DNA from: an uncultured Planctomycetota bacterium
GTDB lineage: Bacteria; Planctomycetota; PLA2; JAEUHO01
Direction: 5' to 3'
Assembly: GCA_963752285.1 (NCBI GenBank)
Contig: CAVVXN010000005.1
Location: 768,001-832,000, forward strand
DNA: 64,000 bases
Part shown: positions 34,690-44,409 of the stretch, in pieces
Layout: every line of letters begins with the position of its first letter
Numbering within the stretch: position 1 is the stretch's first letter
Made by a program: the position numbers and the translations under genes
Notes under the pieces: model-generated
Databases searched by the model: none
What the model was told of the DNA's origin: nothing
The model's input: the letters and a program-made list of their open reading frames with translations, nothing else

Positions 34690-35277
34690 GTGGGTGCGAT
34701 CCTCAGGACCTTCGTGGCGATCCCGTGCGGGGCGGACGTGTCGCGCCGGCTCCGCCGCGAGGCGGAGCGCTTCGCGGAGCTCGACCGCGCGTTCCGCGCG
34801 CCCTCGGCGCCGGGGTTCCACCTGACCGTCCAGTTCATCGGCGACACGGACGAGGACGAGGTCCCGGGCGTCTCGGCCGCGATCGAGGAGGTCGCCCGGT
34901 CCGCGCGGCCGGTCGAGGTCGCGTACGTGGGCCTCGGGGCCTTCCCGAACCCGGGGCGGGCGCGCGTCGTGTGGGCCGCGGTCCGGGAGGTCGGAGAGAC
35001 GGGCGTGCTCGAGGCGATCGCGCGGGACCTGGGACGTGTCCTGGCACGGCTGGGCCACCCGCCCGAGACGCGCGACTGGCGGGCGCACGTGACGCTCGGG
35101 CGGCTCCGCGGGCGCCCCGGCCCGGCGCTCGTCGAGGCGGTCGGCGCCGCGGCCTCGCTCGACCTGGGCCGCGAGAGGGTGTCGGACCTCGCATTTATCG
35201 TTTCCGAGCCGGCGGCCGGCGGGTATCGTTACAGAAACCTAACAGTGACTCGTCTCGGGGGCGCGGCTCCGTTGTGA
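34690..35277 (+). CDS. thpR: RNA 2',3'-cyclic phosphodiesterase
   Basis: RTFVAI, two HxT motifs (HLT, HVT); upstream of recA; start estimated. Confidence 0.9.
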   Translation: MGAILRTFVAIPCGADVSRRLRREAERFAELDRAFRAPSAPGFHLTVQFIGDTDEDEVPGVSAAIEEVARSARPVEVAYVGLGAFPNPGRARVVWAAVREVGETGVLEAIARDLGRVLARLGHPPETRDWRAHVTLGRLRGRPGPALVEAVGAAASLDLGRERVSDLAFIVSEPAAGGYRYRNLTVTRLGGAAPL

Positions 35278-35438
35278 TCCCGGGACGTGTGACCGGCCGT
35301 GGCCCTCGCGCGGTCTCGGAGAACGGTCTCCGGGGGCGCGGCCGAGGAACGGGTCGAAGGACGCCGGACGCGGACGGGAGAAGCCGACATCGAGACACCG
35401 CCCGCCCGCGGGGGCGAAGCCTCGGAGAGGAACGCACG

Positions 35439-36632
35439 ATGGTGATGCAGTCGAAGGGACAGGCGAAGGACGCGGGGACGGACACGAAGGAGGACCGCGC
35501 GAAGCGGCAGGCGCTCGGCGCCGCGCTGGGCCAGATCGAGAAGACGTTCGGCAAGGGGGCCATCATGACCCTCGGCAACGCCGAGCCGCCGCGTGTCGCG
35601 GGCATCTCGACCGGGAGCGTGTCACTCGACCTCGCGCTCGGCGGCGTGGGGCTCCCGCGCGGTCGCATCACCGAGGTCTACGGCCCCGAGTCGTCCGGCA
35701 AGACGACGCTGTGCTGCCACGTGATCGCGAACGCGCAGAACGCCGGCGGCGTCGCGGCGTTCATCGACGCGGAGCACGCGTTCGACGCGGTCTACGCGAA
35801 GAGCCTCGGCGTGAACCTGGACGACCTGCTCGTCGCGCAGCCCGACACCGGCGAGCAGGCGCTCGAGATCGCCGAGACCCTGATCCGCAGCAACGCGATC
35901 GACGTCGTGGTGATCGACTCCGTCGCGGCGCTCGTCCCGAAGGCCGAGATCCAGGGCGAGATGGGGGACTCTCACGTCGGTCTCCACGCCCGGCTGATGA
36001 GCCAGGCCCTGCGCAAGCTCTCGGGCGCGATCCGCACGTCGAACGCCGTGATGATCTTCACGAACCAGATCCGGATGAAGATCGGGGTGATGTTCGGGAA
36101 CCCCGAGACGACCACGGGCGGGAACGCGCTGAAGTTCTACGCGTCGGTGCGACTCGACATGCGCCGGATCGGCTCGATCAAGGGCGCGGCGGACGTCGTG
36201 CTCGGCAACCGGACGCGGGCGAAGGTCGTGAAGAACAAGATCGCGCCTCCGTTCCGCACGGCGGAGTTCGACGTGCTCTTCGGGAAGGGCATCTCGTACG
36301 TCGGCGACCTGCTGGACCTCGCCGCGAGCTCGGGCGTGGTGGAGAAGAGCGGCGCGTGGTACTCGATGGGCGAGACGCGCCTCGGCCAGGGGCGCGAGAA
36401 GACGGTCGAGTTCCTGGAGGCGAACGCGGACCTGCTCGCGCGCGTGGACCAGGAGACGCGCCGCGCGGTCGGGATCCTGCCGGTGGGCGTGGCCTCGGCC
36501 TCGGGCGACGACGCGGCCCCCGCAGTCGAGGCGCCGCCGGCGGCGGACACGCCGGTCGCCGCGTCCCAGAAGAACGGCGACGAGGAGAAGAGTCGCGGCG
36601 GCGGACGGCGCGCGGCGACGACGCGCAGGTAG
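35439..36632 (+). CDS. recA: Recombinase A
   Basis: [27 protein letters not shown]. Confidence 0.99.
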   Translation: MVMQSKGQAKDAGTDTKEDRAKRQALGAALGQIEKTFGKGAIMTLGNAEPPRVAGISTGSVSLDLALGGVGLPRGRITEVYGPESSGKTTLCCHVIANAQNAGGVAAFIDAEHAFDAVYAKSLGVNLDDLLVAQPDTGEQALEIAETLIRSNAIDVVVIDSVAALVPKAEIQGEMGDSHVGLHARLMSQALRKLSGAIRTSNAVMIFTNQIRMKIGVMFGNPETTTGGNALKFYASVRLDMRRIGSIKGAADVVLGNRTRAKVVKNKIAPPFRTAEFDVLFGKGISYVGDLLDLAASSGVVEKSGAWYSMGETRLGQGREKTVEFLEANADLLARVDQETRRAVGILPVGVASASGDDAAPAVEAPPAADTPVAASQKNGDEEKSRGGGRRAATTRR

Positions 36633-36753
36633 GTCCTCCGCGGCGGTACGCACGGGCGGCCCGCGCCGCGCGCGCGGCTCCGGGACGGGTGCGTCGCGTG
36701 CGCCCGCGGGGCGCGCGCACGTGCTACCGTGCCCGGTTCCAAGGAGCCCGCCC

Positions 36754-39474
36754 GTGTCCACGCCGACGTCCGACCAGCTCCGTGCCCTCTGGCTCCGCTT
36801 CTTCGCGGACCGCGGACACGCCCTGCCCCCGGCCGCGCCGCTGGTGCCCGAGAACGACCCGACGCTCCTCTTCACCGGCGCCGGGATGAACCAGTTCAAG
36901 GAGTACTTCCTCGGCCGGGTCGCGCCCCCGTACCGACGGGCGGCCACCGTCCAGCCGTGCTTCCGGCAGGGCGACCTCGAGAACGTCGGAAGGACGCCGC
37001 GGCACCTCACGTTCTTCGAGATGCTCGGCCACTTCTCGTTCGGGGACTACTTCAAGAAGGAGGCGGTGGCCTGGGCGTGGGAGCTCCTCACGAAGGAGCT
37101 GGGCGTCCCCGGCGACCGGCTCTTGATCTCGATCTACGAGGACGACGACGAGGCCTTCGAGGCCTGGCGGGCCGTCGGCGTGGGGCGGGACCGGATCGCG
37201 CGCTTCGACGCGAAGGAGAACTTCTGGCCCGCGAACGCGCCGGCCGAGGGGCCCGACGGCGTTTGCGGGCCGTGTTCGGAGGTCTTCTTCGACTACGGCG
37301 AGGGCCGCGCGAAGGGCGACGGCGGACCGAAGGCGTACGACTCGGGGCGCTACATCGAGATCTGGAACAGCGTCTTCACGCAGTTCGACCGTCGGGGGAA
37401 GGACCAGCTCGTGCCGCTCCCGCAGAAGAACATCGACTGCGGCGTCGGCTTCGACCGCCTGCTCTCGGTGCTCGAGGGGCAGGTCTCCCCCTTCGGCACG
37501 TCGCTGTTCCGTCCTCTCCTCTCAGCCCTCTCGGAGATCGCGGGGCGGGCGTACGCGTTCCCCTCGAACGGCGACCTCCCCGCCGGCGAGGACGCGCGGC
37601 GCATGCGTCGCATCGCCGAGCACGCGCGCGCGTCGTGCTTCCTCGTCGCGGCGGGGGTACGGCCGGCGAACGAGGGGCGGGGCTACGTGCTGCGCCGCGT
37701 GCTCCGGCTCGCGATCCGGGACGGCATCCAGATCGGCATCGAGGAGCCCTTCCTCGCGAGGCTCGTCCCGTCCGTCGTCAGCGTGATGGGCGGGGCCTAC
37801 CCGACCCTCGCCGAGGGCGAGGACGTGATCCGCGCGGTGGTGTCCGGCGAGGAGGAACGGTTCCGCGCGACGTACGAGCAGGGCATGCGTTTCCTGGAGG
37901 AGGCGGTCGCCCCGCTCGGGAAGGGCTCCGTGCTCGACGGCGCCGCGGCGTTCCGGCTTCACGACACGTACGGGTTCCCGGTGGACCTCGCGGAGCGCAT
38001 CCTCGAGGAGCGCGGGATCGGCGTGGACCTGGCGGGCTTCGACCGTGAGATGGCGCTCCAACGCGAGCGCGCGCGCAAGGGGAGCAAGATCCAGGACTCC
38101 ATCTTCGTCGAGGGGCCGCTCCAGGATTTGAAGGCGAAGGGTGTTCGCCCGACGGCGTTCTGCGGGTACGACCGCCCCGGAGAGGGGGTGGACCCGGCCG
38201 CGGCGCGCGGCGTGTACGGCGAGGGGAAGGTCGTCGGGCTGATCGCGGACGGCCGGCTCGTGTCCGAGGCGCGGGAGGGCGAGCGCGTGTCGGTCGTGCT
38301 CGACGAGACGCCCTTCTACGCGGAGTCGGGCGGCCAGGTCGGCGACCGAGGTCGTCTCGAGACGGCCGAGGGTGGGCTCGTGGACGTCGACGACACGATC
38401 GGCATGGAGGGGTTCGTGCTCCACGAGGGCCGCGTCCGCGCCGGCGTCGTCCGCGTCGGTGCGACGGCGAAGGCGGGGGTCGAGGAGTCGCTCCGGGACG
38501 CGACGCGCCGGAACCACACCGCGACGCACCTCCTCCATGCGGCGCTCAAGCGTGTGCTCGGCGAGCACGTCCGTCAGGAGGGCTCGCTCGTCGCGCCCGA
38601 CCGGCTCCGGTTCGACTTCCGGCACCCGAAGGCGATGACTTCCGACGAGGTGCACACCGTCGAGGCGATCGTGAACGAGTGGATCCTCGCGAACGACGCG
38701 CTCGAGACCCAGGTGCTGCCCCTCGCCGAGGCGAAGGCGTCGGGCGCCGTATCGCTCTTCGGCGAGAAGTACGGGGACGTCGTCCGCGTCGTGGGGGTCG
38801 CGAGCGGCTCGCGAGAGCTCTGCGGCGGGACGCACGTCCGTCGGACCGGCGACATCGGCTCCTTCCGCATCGTCGTAGAGACGAGCATCGCCGCCGGTGT
38901 CCGCCGCATCGAGGCGGTGACCGGGCAGGGCGCGGTGGACCAGGCCGCGCGGGACCGCGAGGTGGTTCGGGACCTGTCCCAGCTCCTCAAGTCCGGCAGC
39001 GCCGACGAGATCCGGACGCGCGTCGAGGCGCTCGTGGAGGAGGTCAAGTCGCTCAGGAAGGCCGCCGAGAAGGCGCGGCGCGACGCGGGGCTCGAGGCCG
39101 TCTCCCGGCTCGCGACCGAGGCGGAGGACGCCGGCGGGCTCCGCCTCCAGGCCGCGTCGCTCCCCGGGGTGGACGCGAAGTCGCTCCGCGCGGTCTGGGA
39201 CGAGGCCCAAAAGCAGGGCGTGGACGTCCTCCTCGCCGTCGGGGAGGCCGACGGCAAGGCGCCGCTCCTGGTCGGGGTCGGGCCGCGCGGGCGCGAGCGC
39301 GGGCTCGACGCGCGGGAGCTCCTCGCCGAGGCGACCGGCCGGCTGGGCGGGGGGGGCGGGGGGCGACCCGACCTCGCACAGGGACAGGGCCGGGACCGCG
39401 CACGGATCGACGAGGCGCTCGGGGGCTTCCGCGAGGCCGTCCGTCGGGCCGGCGCCGCCGCGTCCGACTCGTAG
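36754..39474 (+). CDS. alaS: Alanine--tRNA ligase
   Basis: DPTLLFT.AGMNQFK, HLTFFEMLG, NHTATHLLH, ELCGGTH, GGGG C-terminus. Confidence 0.98.
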   Translation: MSTPTSDQLRALWLRFFADRGHALPPAAPLVPENDPTLLFTGAGMNQFKEYFLGRVAPPYRRAATVQPCFRQGDLENVGRTPRHLTFFEMLGHFSFGDYFKKEAVAWAWELLTKELGVPGDRLLISIYEDDDEAFEAWRAVGVGRDRIARFDAKENFWPANAPAEGPDGVCGPCSEVFFDYGEGRAKGDGGPKAYDSGRYIEIWNSVFTQFDRRGKDQLVPLPQKNIDCGVGFDRLLSVLEGQVSPFGTSLFRPLLSALSEIAGRAYAFPSNGDLPAGEDARRMRRIAEHARASCFLVAAGVRPANEGRGYVLRRVLRLAIRDGIQIGIEEPFLARLVPSVVSVMGGAYPTLAEGEDVIRAVVSGEEERFRATYEQGMRFLEEAVAPLGKGSVLDGAAAFRLHDTYGFPVDLAERILEERGIGVDLAGFDREMALQRERARKGSKIQDSIFVEGPLQDLKAKGVRPTAFCGYDRPGEGVDPAAARGVYGEGKVVGLIADGRLVSEAREGERVSVVLDETPFYAESGGQVGDRGRLETAEGGLVDVDDTIGMEGFVLHEGRVRAGVVRVGATAKAGVEESLRDATRRNHTATHLLHAALKRVLGEHVRQEGSLVAPDRLRFDFRHPKAMTSDEVHTVEAIVNEWILANDALETQVLPLAEAKASGAVSLFGEKYGDVVRVVGVASGSRELCGGTHVRRTGDIGSFRIVVETSIAAGVRRIEAVTGQGAVDQAARDREVVRDLSQLLKSGSADEIRTRVEALVEEVKSLRKAAEKARRDAGLEAVSRLATEAEDAGGLRLQAASLPGVDAKSLRAVWDEAQKQGVDVLLAVGEADGKAPLLVGVGPRGRERGLDARELLAEATGRLGGGGGGRPDLAQGQGRDRARIDEALGGFREAVRRAGAAASDS

Positions 39475-39747
39475 CGCCCGCGGAGGCCCGCCCGTACGAC
39501 CGGCGATGCGCGCGTCGTGTCCCAGCCGGGCGCGACGCGCGACCTCGTTCCCTCCGACGGGGCGCCCGCTACGCGCGCGGGCCGTGACGCCACCGGGAGC
39601 GGCCGAGGCCCCGCCTTCCGCTCGAAGCCGCGGAGGCGACGACCATGTCGACCCATGGCGCGGAGCCCCCGCGTCTCGGGGACCGCGCGATTCGCGCCGA
39701 CTCCCGGGTCGTCCGGTCGGGGACGGGGTAGGGAGGGCCGTGCGTTC

Positions 39748-39776
39748 TTGACCCTCCGGGGGGGGGCCAGTACGCT
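39748..39776 (+). promoter_or_regulatory. Probable sigma70 promoter of the rpmF-plsX-fab operon
   Basis: TTGACC-17 bp-TACGCT. Confidence 0.6.
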
Positions 39777-39893
39777 CCCGGGCTCCCCGGTGGCCGCCAC
39801 GTGAAACGCGGCGGAAGTCCAGAGCGCCCGTCCGTCCCCGTCACGAGGGGGGCCCGGGCGGGTACCAACGTCTCGGGGATCCGGAGCACGACC

Positions 39894-40073
39894 ATGGCCG
39901 TCCCCATGAAGAAGACGAGCAAGCGGCGCTCGCGGACCCGGGCGTCGCACCACGGCCTCCGGGCTCCGAGCCTGTCGCCCTGTGGCCGCTGCAACCACCC
40001 CAAGCCGCCGCACCGTGTGTGCCCGAACTGCGGGTACTACGCAGAGCGCGAGGTCGTCCAGAAGGAACAGTAG
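39894..40073 (+). CDS. rpmF: 50S ribosomal protein L32
   Basis: MAVPMKKTSKRR, CxxC...HRVCPNCGYY. Confidence 0.96.
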   Translation: MAVPMKKTSKRRSRTRASHHGLRAPSLSPCGRCNHPKPPHRVCPNCGYYAEREVVQKEQ

Positions 40074-40088
40074 TAGGCGCGGGGGGTG

Positions 40089-41108
40089 ATGTCCGTGCGG
40101 ATCGCGCTGGACGCCATGGGGGGGGATCGGGCCCCGGCCGCTCCGGTCGAGGGGGCGGTGCGCGCGCTCCGCACGTACGACGACGTGGAGGTCGTGCTCG
40201 TCGGCGCGGTCGACGCGATCGAGGTCGAGGTGGAACGGCTCGCGGTGACCCCCGAGGAGGACGGCCGGCTCTACCGCGTCCTCGCGAGCCACGTGGCCAC
40301 GATGGGCGAGGACCCCGTCCGCGCGGTCCGTACGAACCCCGGCAACTCCGCGCGCGTCTGCGCCGAGCTGCTCCGGGCCGGCGACGTCCGAGGCGTCGTG
40401 AACATGGGGTCCACCGGAGCGGCCGTCGCCGCGGCGCAGCTCTACTGCGGGCGGCTCGACGGCGTGCGCCGGCCCGGCATCGCCGTGCCCTTTCCCCGCC
40501 CCGGCGGCGTGACGCTGCTGATCGACTGCGGCGCCAACTCCGAGGGCCGCGCCGAGGACCTCCACCAGTTCGCGATCATGGCCTCTCTCTACGCGCGCGG
40601 CGCGCTCGGCATCGACCGTCCGCGCGTCGGGATCCTCTCGATCGGGGAGGAGGAGCACAAGGGGAACGAGCTCGTGCACGAGACCTGGGCGCTGTTCCGC
40701 GCGCGCGGCGTGCCCAACCTCGTCGGGAACGTGGAGCCCCGCGAGCTCTTCCAGGACCGCGCGGACGTGGTGGTGTGCGACGGCTTCTCCGGGAACCTCG
40801 TGCTGAAGGCCGTAGAGGGGATGGCGGAGTTCCTGCTCGGCTCGCTCGCCGGGGCCGTGGACGACCCCCCGGAGCGCGCACGTCTCATCGGGCACCTGGC
40901 CGGCGACGTGGACTACGCGGAGTACGGCGGCGCCCCGCTCCTCGGCATCCGGGGCGCGTACGTCATCGGGCACGGGCGGAGCGACGCGCGCGCGTTCCTG
41001 AACGGGATCCGCGTCGCGCGCGCCTTCATCTCGAACCACGTGGGCGACCAGGTGATCGAGGAGCTCCACCGGGCGGGAGCGGGCGCGGCGGGCGGGGGAG
41101 GCGCGTGA
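40089..41108 (+). CDS. plsX: Phosphate acyltransferase
   Basis: IALDAMGGD, DCGAN, VCDGFSGN, GGAPLLG. Confidence 0.95.
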   Translation: MSVRIALDAMGGDRAPAAPVEGAVRALRTYDDVEVVLVGAVDAIEVEVERLAVTPEEDGRLYRVLASHVATMGEDPVRAVRTNPGNSARVCAELLRAGDVRGVVNMGSTGAAVAAAQLYCGRLDGVRRPGIAVPFPRPGGVTLLIDCGANSEGRAEDLHQFAIMASLYARGALGIDRPRVGILSIGEEEHKGNELVHETWALFRARGVPNLVGNVEPRELFQDRADVVVCDGFSGNLVLKAVEGMAEFLLGSLAGAVDDPPERARLIGHLAGDVDYAEYGGAPLLGIRGAYVIGHGRSDARAFLNGIRVARAFISNHVGDQVIEELHRAGAGAAGGGGA

Positions 41109-42073
41109 TGGCGGACCTCGCGCTGCTCTGTCCCGGCCAGGGCGCCCAGAAGGTGGGCATGGGCGTGGACGTCGCCGACCGGTGGCCCGCGGCTCGCGCG
41201 GTCTTCGACCAGGCGTCCGAGGTCCTGGGACTCGACCTCCTCGACCTCTGTCGGAACGGGCCGGCCGAGGCTCTCGTGCGCACCGACGTGCAGCAGCCCG
41301 CGATCCTGGCCGTCGGCGCGGCGATCCACGCGGCGCTCGTAGCGGCGGACCGGGCCCCCGCGACGGGCGTCTGCGCCGGCTTCGGCCTCTCGCTCGGCGA
41401 GTTCACGGCCCTGACCCTCCTCGGCGCGCTCTCGCTCGAGGACGCGCTCTTCCTGGTGCGGGAGCGCGGTCTCGGCATGCAGGAGGCGAGCGAGGCCCGT
41501 CCCTCCGGCCTCACCGCTCTCCGCTGCGACCTGGCCACGGCGGAGGCCGTCTGCGACGCCGCCCGCGGTCGGACGGGCGGGGTGATCGGCGTCGCGAACG
41601 TGAACGCGCCGGACCAGATGGTGATCTCGGGCGACCTCCCCTCGCTCGACGCGGCCGAGGAGGAGGCGAAGGCGCGCGGCGTCCGCCGCCCCGCTCGCCT
41701 GCCCGTGGCCGGGGCCTTCCACAGCCCGCTCATGGAGCCCGGTGCGCGGCGCCTCGAGCGGGCGCTCGACCGGGTCGAGGTACGGCGGCCCGTCGCGCCG
41801 GTCGTCTGCAACGTGACGGGCCGGGAGACGTCGGACCCGGCGGCGATCCGGGAGAACCTGATCCGCCAGGTGACGAGCCCCGTCCGGTTCGTGGACTGCG
41901 TCGCGACGGCCCGGCGGCTCGGCGCCCGGGCGACGCTGGAGGTGGGCCCCGGCCGGGTCCTCTCGGGCCTCGTCCGCCGGATCGACGGGGACCTCGTGAC
42001 CCACGGCGTGGACGCGGCGGCCGACCTGGACGCGCTCGAGCTCGACCTTCCCGTGAACGGAGGCGAACGATGA
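41108..42073 (+). CDS. fabD: Malonyl-CoA:ACP transacylase
   Basis: PGQGAQ, GLSLGE, AFHS. Confidence 0.95.
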   Translation: MADLALLCPGQGAQKVGMGVDVADRWPAARAVFDQASEVLGLDLLDLCRNGPAEALVRTDVQQPAILAVGAAIHAALVAADRAPATGVCAGFGLSLGEFTALTLLGALSLEDALFLVRERGLGMQEASEARPSGLTALRCDLATAEAVCDAARGRTGGVIGVANVNAPDQMVISGDLPSLDAAEEEAKARGVRRPARLPVAGAFHSPLMEPGARRLERALDRVEVRRPVAPVVCNVTGRETSDPAAIRENLIRQVTSPVRFVDCVATARRLGARATLEVGPGRVLSGLVRRIDGDLVTHGVDAAADLDALELDLPVNGGER

Positions 42074-42810
42074 ACGGCGAGGCCCGCGAACCGTCCGCCC
42101 TCGTAACGGGGGCCGCGCGTGGCATCGGCCGCGCGATCGTGCTGCGCCTCGCCGCCGAGGGGTACCGCGTGACCCTGGTGGACCTCCTCCTCGAGGCCGC
42201 GGAGAAGACGGCCGCGGAGGCCGGCGCCGACCGCTGCCGGTGCGTCCAGGCGGACGTCTCCTCGGGCGACGGGGCCACGGCGGCCGTCCAGGCCGCCGTG
42301 GAGCACGGCGGCGGGCTCGACGTCCTCGTGAACAACGCGGGCATCACGCGCGACGGCCTCCTGATGCGCATGTCCGACGAGGACTGGGACCGCGTGATCG
42401 CCGTCAACCTCACGGGCACGTTCCGGATGACCCGGGCCGCGACGCGGCCCCTCATGAAGAGCGGTCGCGGGCGCGTCGTGAACATCGCGTCGGTCGTCGG
42501 CCTGGTGGGCAACGCCGGGCAAGCGAACTACGCGGCGAGCAAGGGCGGCGTCATCGCCTTCACGAAGGCCGTCGCCAAGGAGCTGGCGGGCCGGGGCGTC
42601 ACGGCGAACGCCGTGGCCCCCGGCTTCATCCAGACGGACATGACCGCGGCCCTCACGGAGAAGGCCGCGGGCGAGCTGACCCGCCGGATTCCCTTGGGAC
42701 GGCTCGGCGAGGCGACCGACGTCGCCGACGTCGTGGCGTTCCTGGCCTCCGAGGCCGCGGGATACGTCACTGGGCAGGTGATTCCGGTGGACGGCGGCAT
42801 GGTCATGTAG
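42070..42810 (+). CDS. fabG: 3-oxoacyl-ACP reductase
   Basis: TGAARGIG, NNAGITRD, YAASK. Confidence 0.96.
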   Translation: MNGEAREPSALVTGAARGIGRAIVLRLAAEGYRVTLVDLLLEAAEKTAAEAGADRCRCVQADVSSGDGATAAVQAAVEHGGGLDVLVNNAGITRDGLLMRMSDEDWDRVIAVNLTGTFRMTRAATRPLMKSGRGRVVNIASVVGLVGNAGQANYAASKGGVIAFTKAVAKELAGRGVTANAVAPGFIQTDMTAALTEKAAGELTRRIPLGRLGEATDVADVVAFLASEAAGYVTGQVIPVDGGMVM

Positions 42811-42870
42811 GACAACGTGTCCCGGTCGGGCCGCCCGGCCTGGGCACCCTTCACGTCGACAGGAGGCAAC

Positions 42871-43122
42871 GTGGGAACCAGCAACGTCAGGGACCGCGTG
42901 ATCGAGATCGTCTGTGAGCAGATGGGGCAGAGCAAGGAGAAGGTGAACGAGGAGACCTCGTTCATCAACGATCTGGGCGCGGACAGCCTCGACACCGTCG
43001 AGCTGGTGATGGAGCTCGAGGACGAGTTCGACCTCTCCATCCCGGACGAGGAAGCCGAGAAGATCAAGACAGTCGGCGACGCGATCAAGTACATCGAGGA
43101 AGCTCTCCAGAAGAAGGACTGA
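42871..43122 (+). CDS. acpP: Acyl carrier protein
   Basis: [20 protein letters not shown] before GTG. Confidence 0.97.
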   Translation: MGTSNVRDRVIEIVCEQMGQSKEKVNEETSFINDLGADSLDTVELVMELEDEFDLSIPDEEAEKIKTVGDAIKYIEEALQKKD

Positions 43123-43129
43123 TCACTTC

Positions 43130-44380
43130 ATGACCCGTCGTGTGGTCATCACCGGACTGGGCACCGTCAACGCCTGCGGCAACGACGTCGAGACCTCCTG
43201 GCAGGCGGTCATCGCGGGGCGGAGCGGCGTGCGCCGCATCACCCGCTTCGACCCCGAGATCCTCGACATGCCGTGCCGCATCGCGGCGGAGCTCAAGGAC
43301 TTCGACCCCCTCAAGTGGTTCGACAAGCGCGACCTGAAGAAGGTCGACTTGATGACGCAGTACGGCATCGCCGCCGCGCAGCAAGCGTGGGACGACGCCG
43401 GGCTCGCCGACGCGAACGGGTTCGATCCCGAGATGAGCGGGGCCGTGATCGGCACCGGCATCGGAGGCCTCGACTCGATCGAGAACACCCACACGACGAT
43501 CATGGAGAAGGGGCCGCAGCGTGTGAGCCCCTACTTCGTGCCCCGCATGATGGCGAACGCCATCGCGGGCAACCTGAGCATCCGCTTCAACCTGCAGGGG
43601 CCGTCCTACATCACGGCGTCGGCGTGCGCGTCGAGCAACCACGCGATGGCGACGGCCTTCCGCAGCATCCGGTACGGCGAGAGCGACCTGGTCCTGACGG
43701 GCGGTGCGGAGGCCACGATCACGTCGATGGGCATGGCGGGCTTCAACTCGATGCGCGCGATGTCCACGCGGAACGACGAGCCGGAGCGCGCGAGCCGCCC
43801 GTTCGACAAGAACCGCGACGGATTCGTGATGGGGGAGGGGGCCGGGATCCTGGTGTTCGAGGAGCTCGACCACGCCCGGCGTCGCGACGCCCGGATCTAC
43901 GCGGAGGTGATGGGCGCCGGCATGTCGGCGGACGCGTATCACATCACCGCGCCGGCACCGGGCGGGCGCGGGCCCGCGCGGGCCATGCACCTCGCGCTCG
44001 CCGATGCGAAGTGGAACCCCGAACAGGTGGACTACATCAACGCGCACGGGACGAGCACCCAGCTCAACGACATCGCCGAGACCGAGGCGATCAAGAAGGT
44101 CTTCGGGGAGCGTGCCTACGAGGTCGCGATCTCCTCGTCGAAGTCCATGGTCGGCCACCTCCTCGGCGGGGCCGGCGGCGTCGAGGGCGTGTTCACGACG
44201 CTCAGCATCGTGAACGGGATCGTGCATCCGACGATCAACCAGGAGGAGCCCGACCCGGAGTGCGACCTCGACTACGTGCCAAACGTCGCGCGAGAGATCC
44301 CGGTGGAACGCGCGCTGTCCAACGCGCTCGGATTCGGGGGCCACAACGTCACGATCGCCCTCGCGAGGTTCGACGGCTGA
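43130..44380 (+). CDS. fabF: 3-oxoacyl-ACP synthase II
   Basis: SACASS, NAHGTST, KSMVGHLLG, GFGGHN. Confidence 0.97.
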   Translation: MTRRVVITGLGTVNACGNDVETSWQAVIAGRSGVRRITRFDPEILDMPCRIAAELKDFDPLKWFDKRDLKKVDLMTQYGIAAAQQAWDDAGLADANGFDPEMSGAVIGTGIGGLDSIENTHTTIMEKGPQRVSPYFVPRMMANAIAGNLSIRFNLQGPSYITASACASSNHAMATAFRSIRYGESDLVLTGGAEATITSMGMAGFNSMRAMSTRNDEPERASRPFDKNRDGFVMGEGAGILVFEELDHARRRDARIYAEVMGAGMSADAYHITAPAPGGRGPARAMHLALADAKWNPEQVDYINAHGTSTQLNDIAETEAIKKVFGERAYEVAISSSKSMVGHLLGGAGGVEGVFTTLSIVNGIVHPTINQEEPDPECDLDYVPNVAREIPVERALSNALGFGGHNVTIALARFDG

Positions 44381-44409
44381 GCGGCCTCCTGCGCTCCGGC
44401 GGAGGGGCG

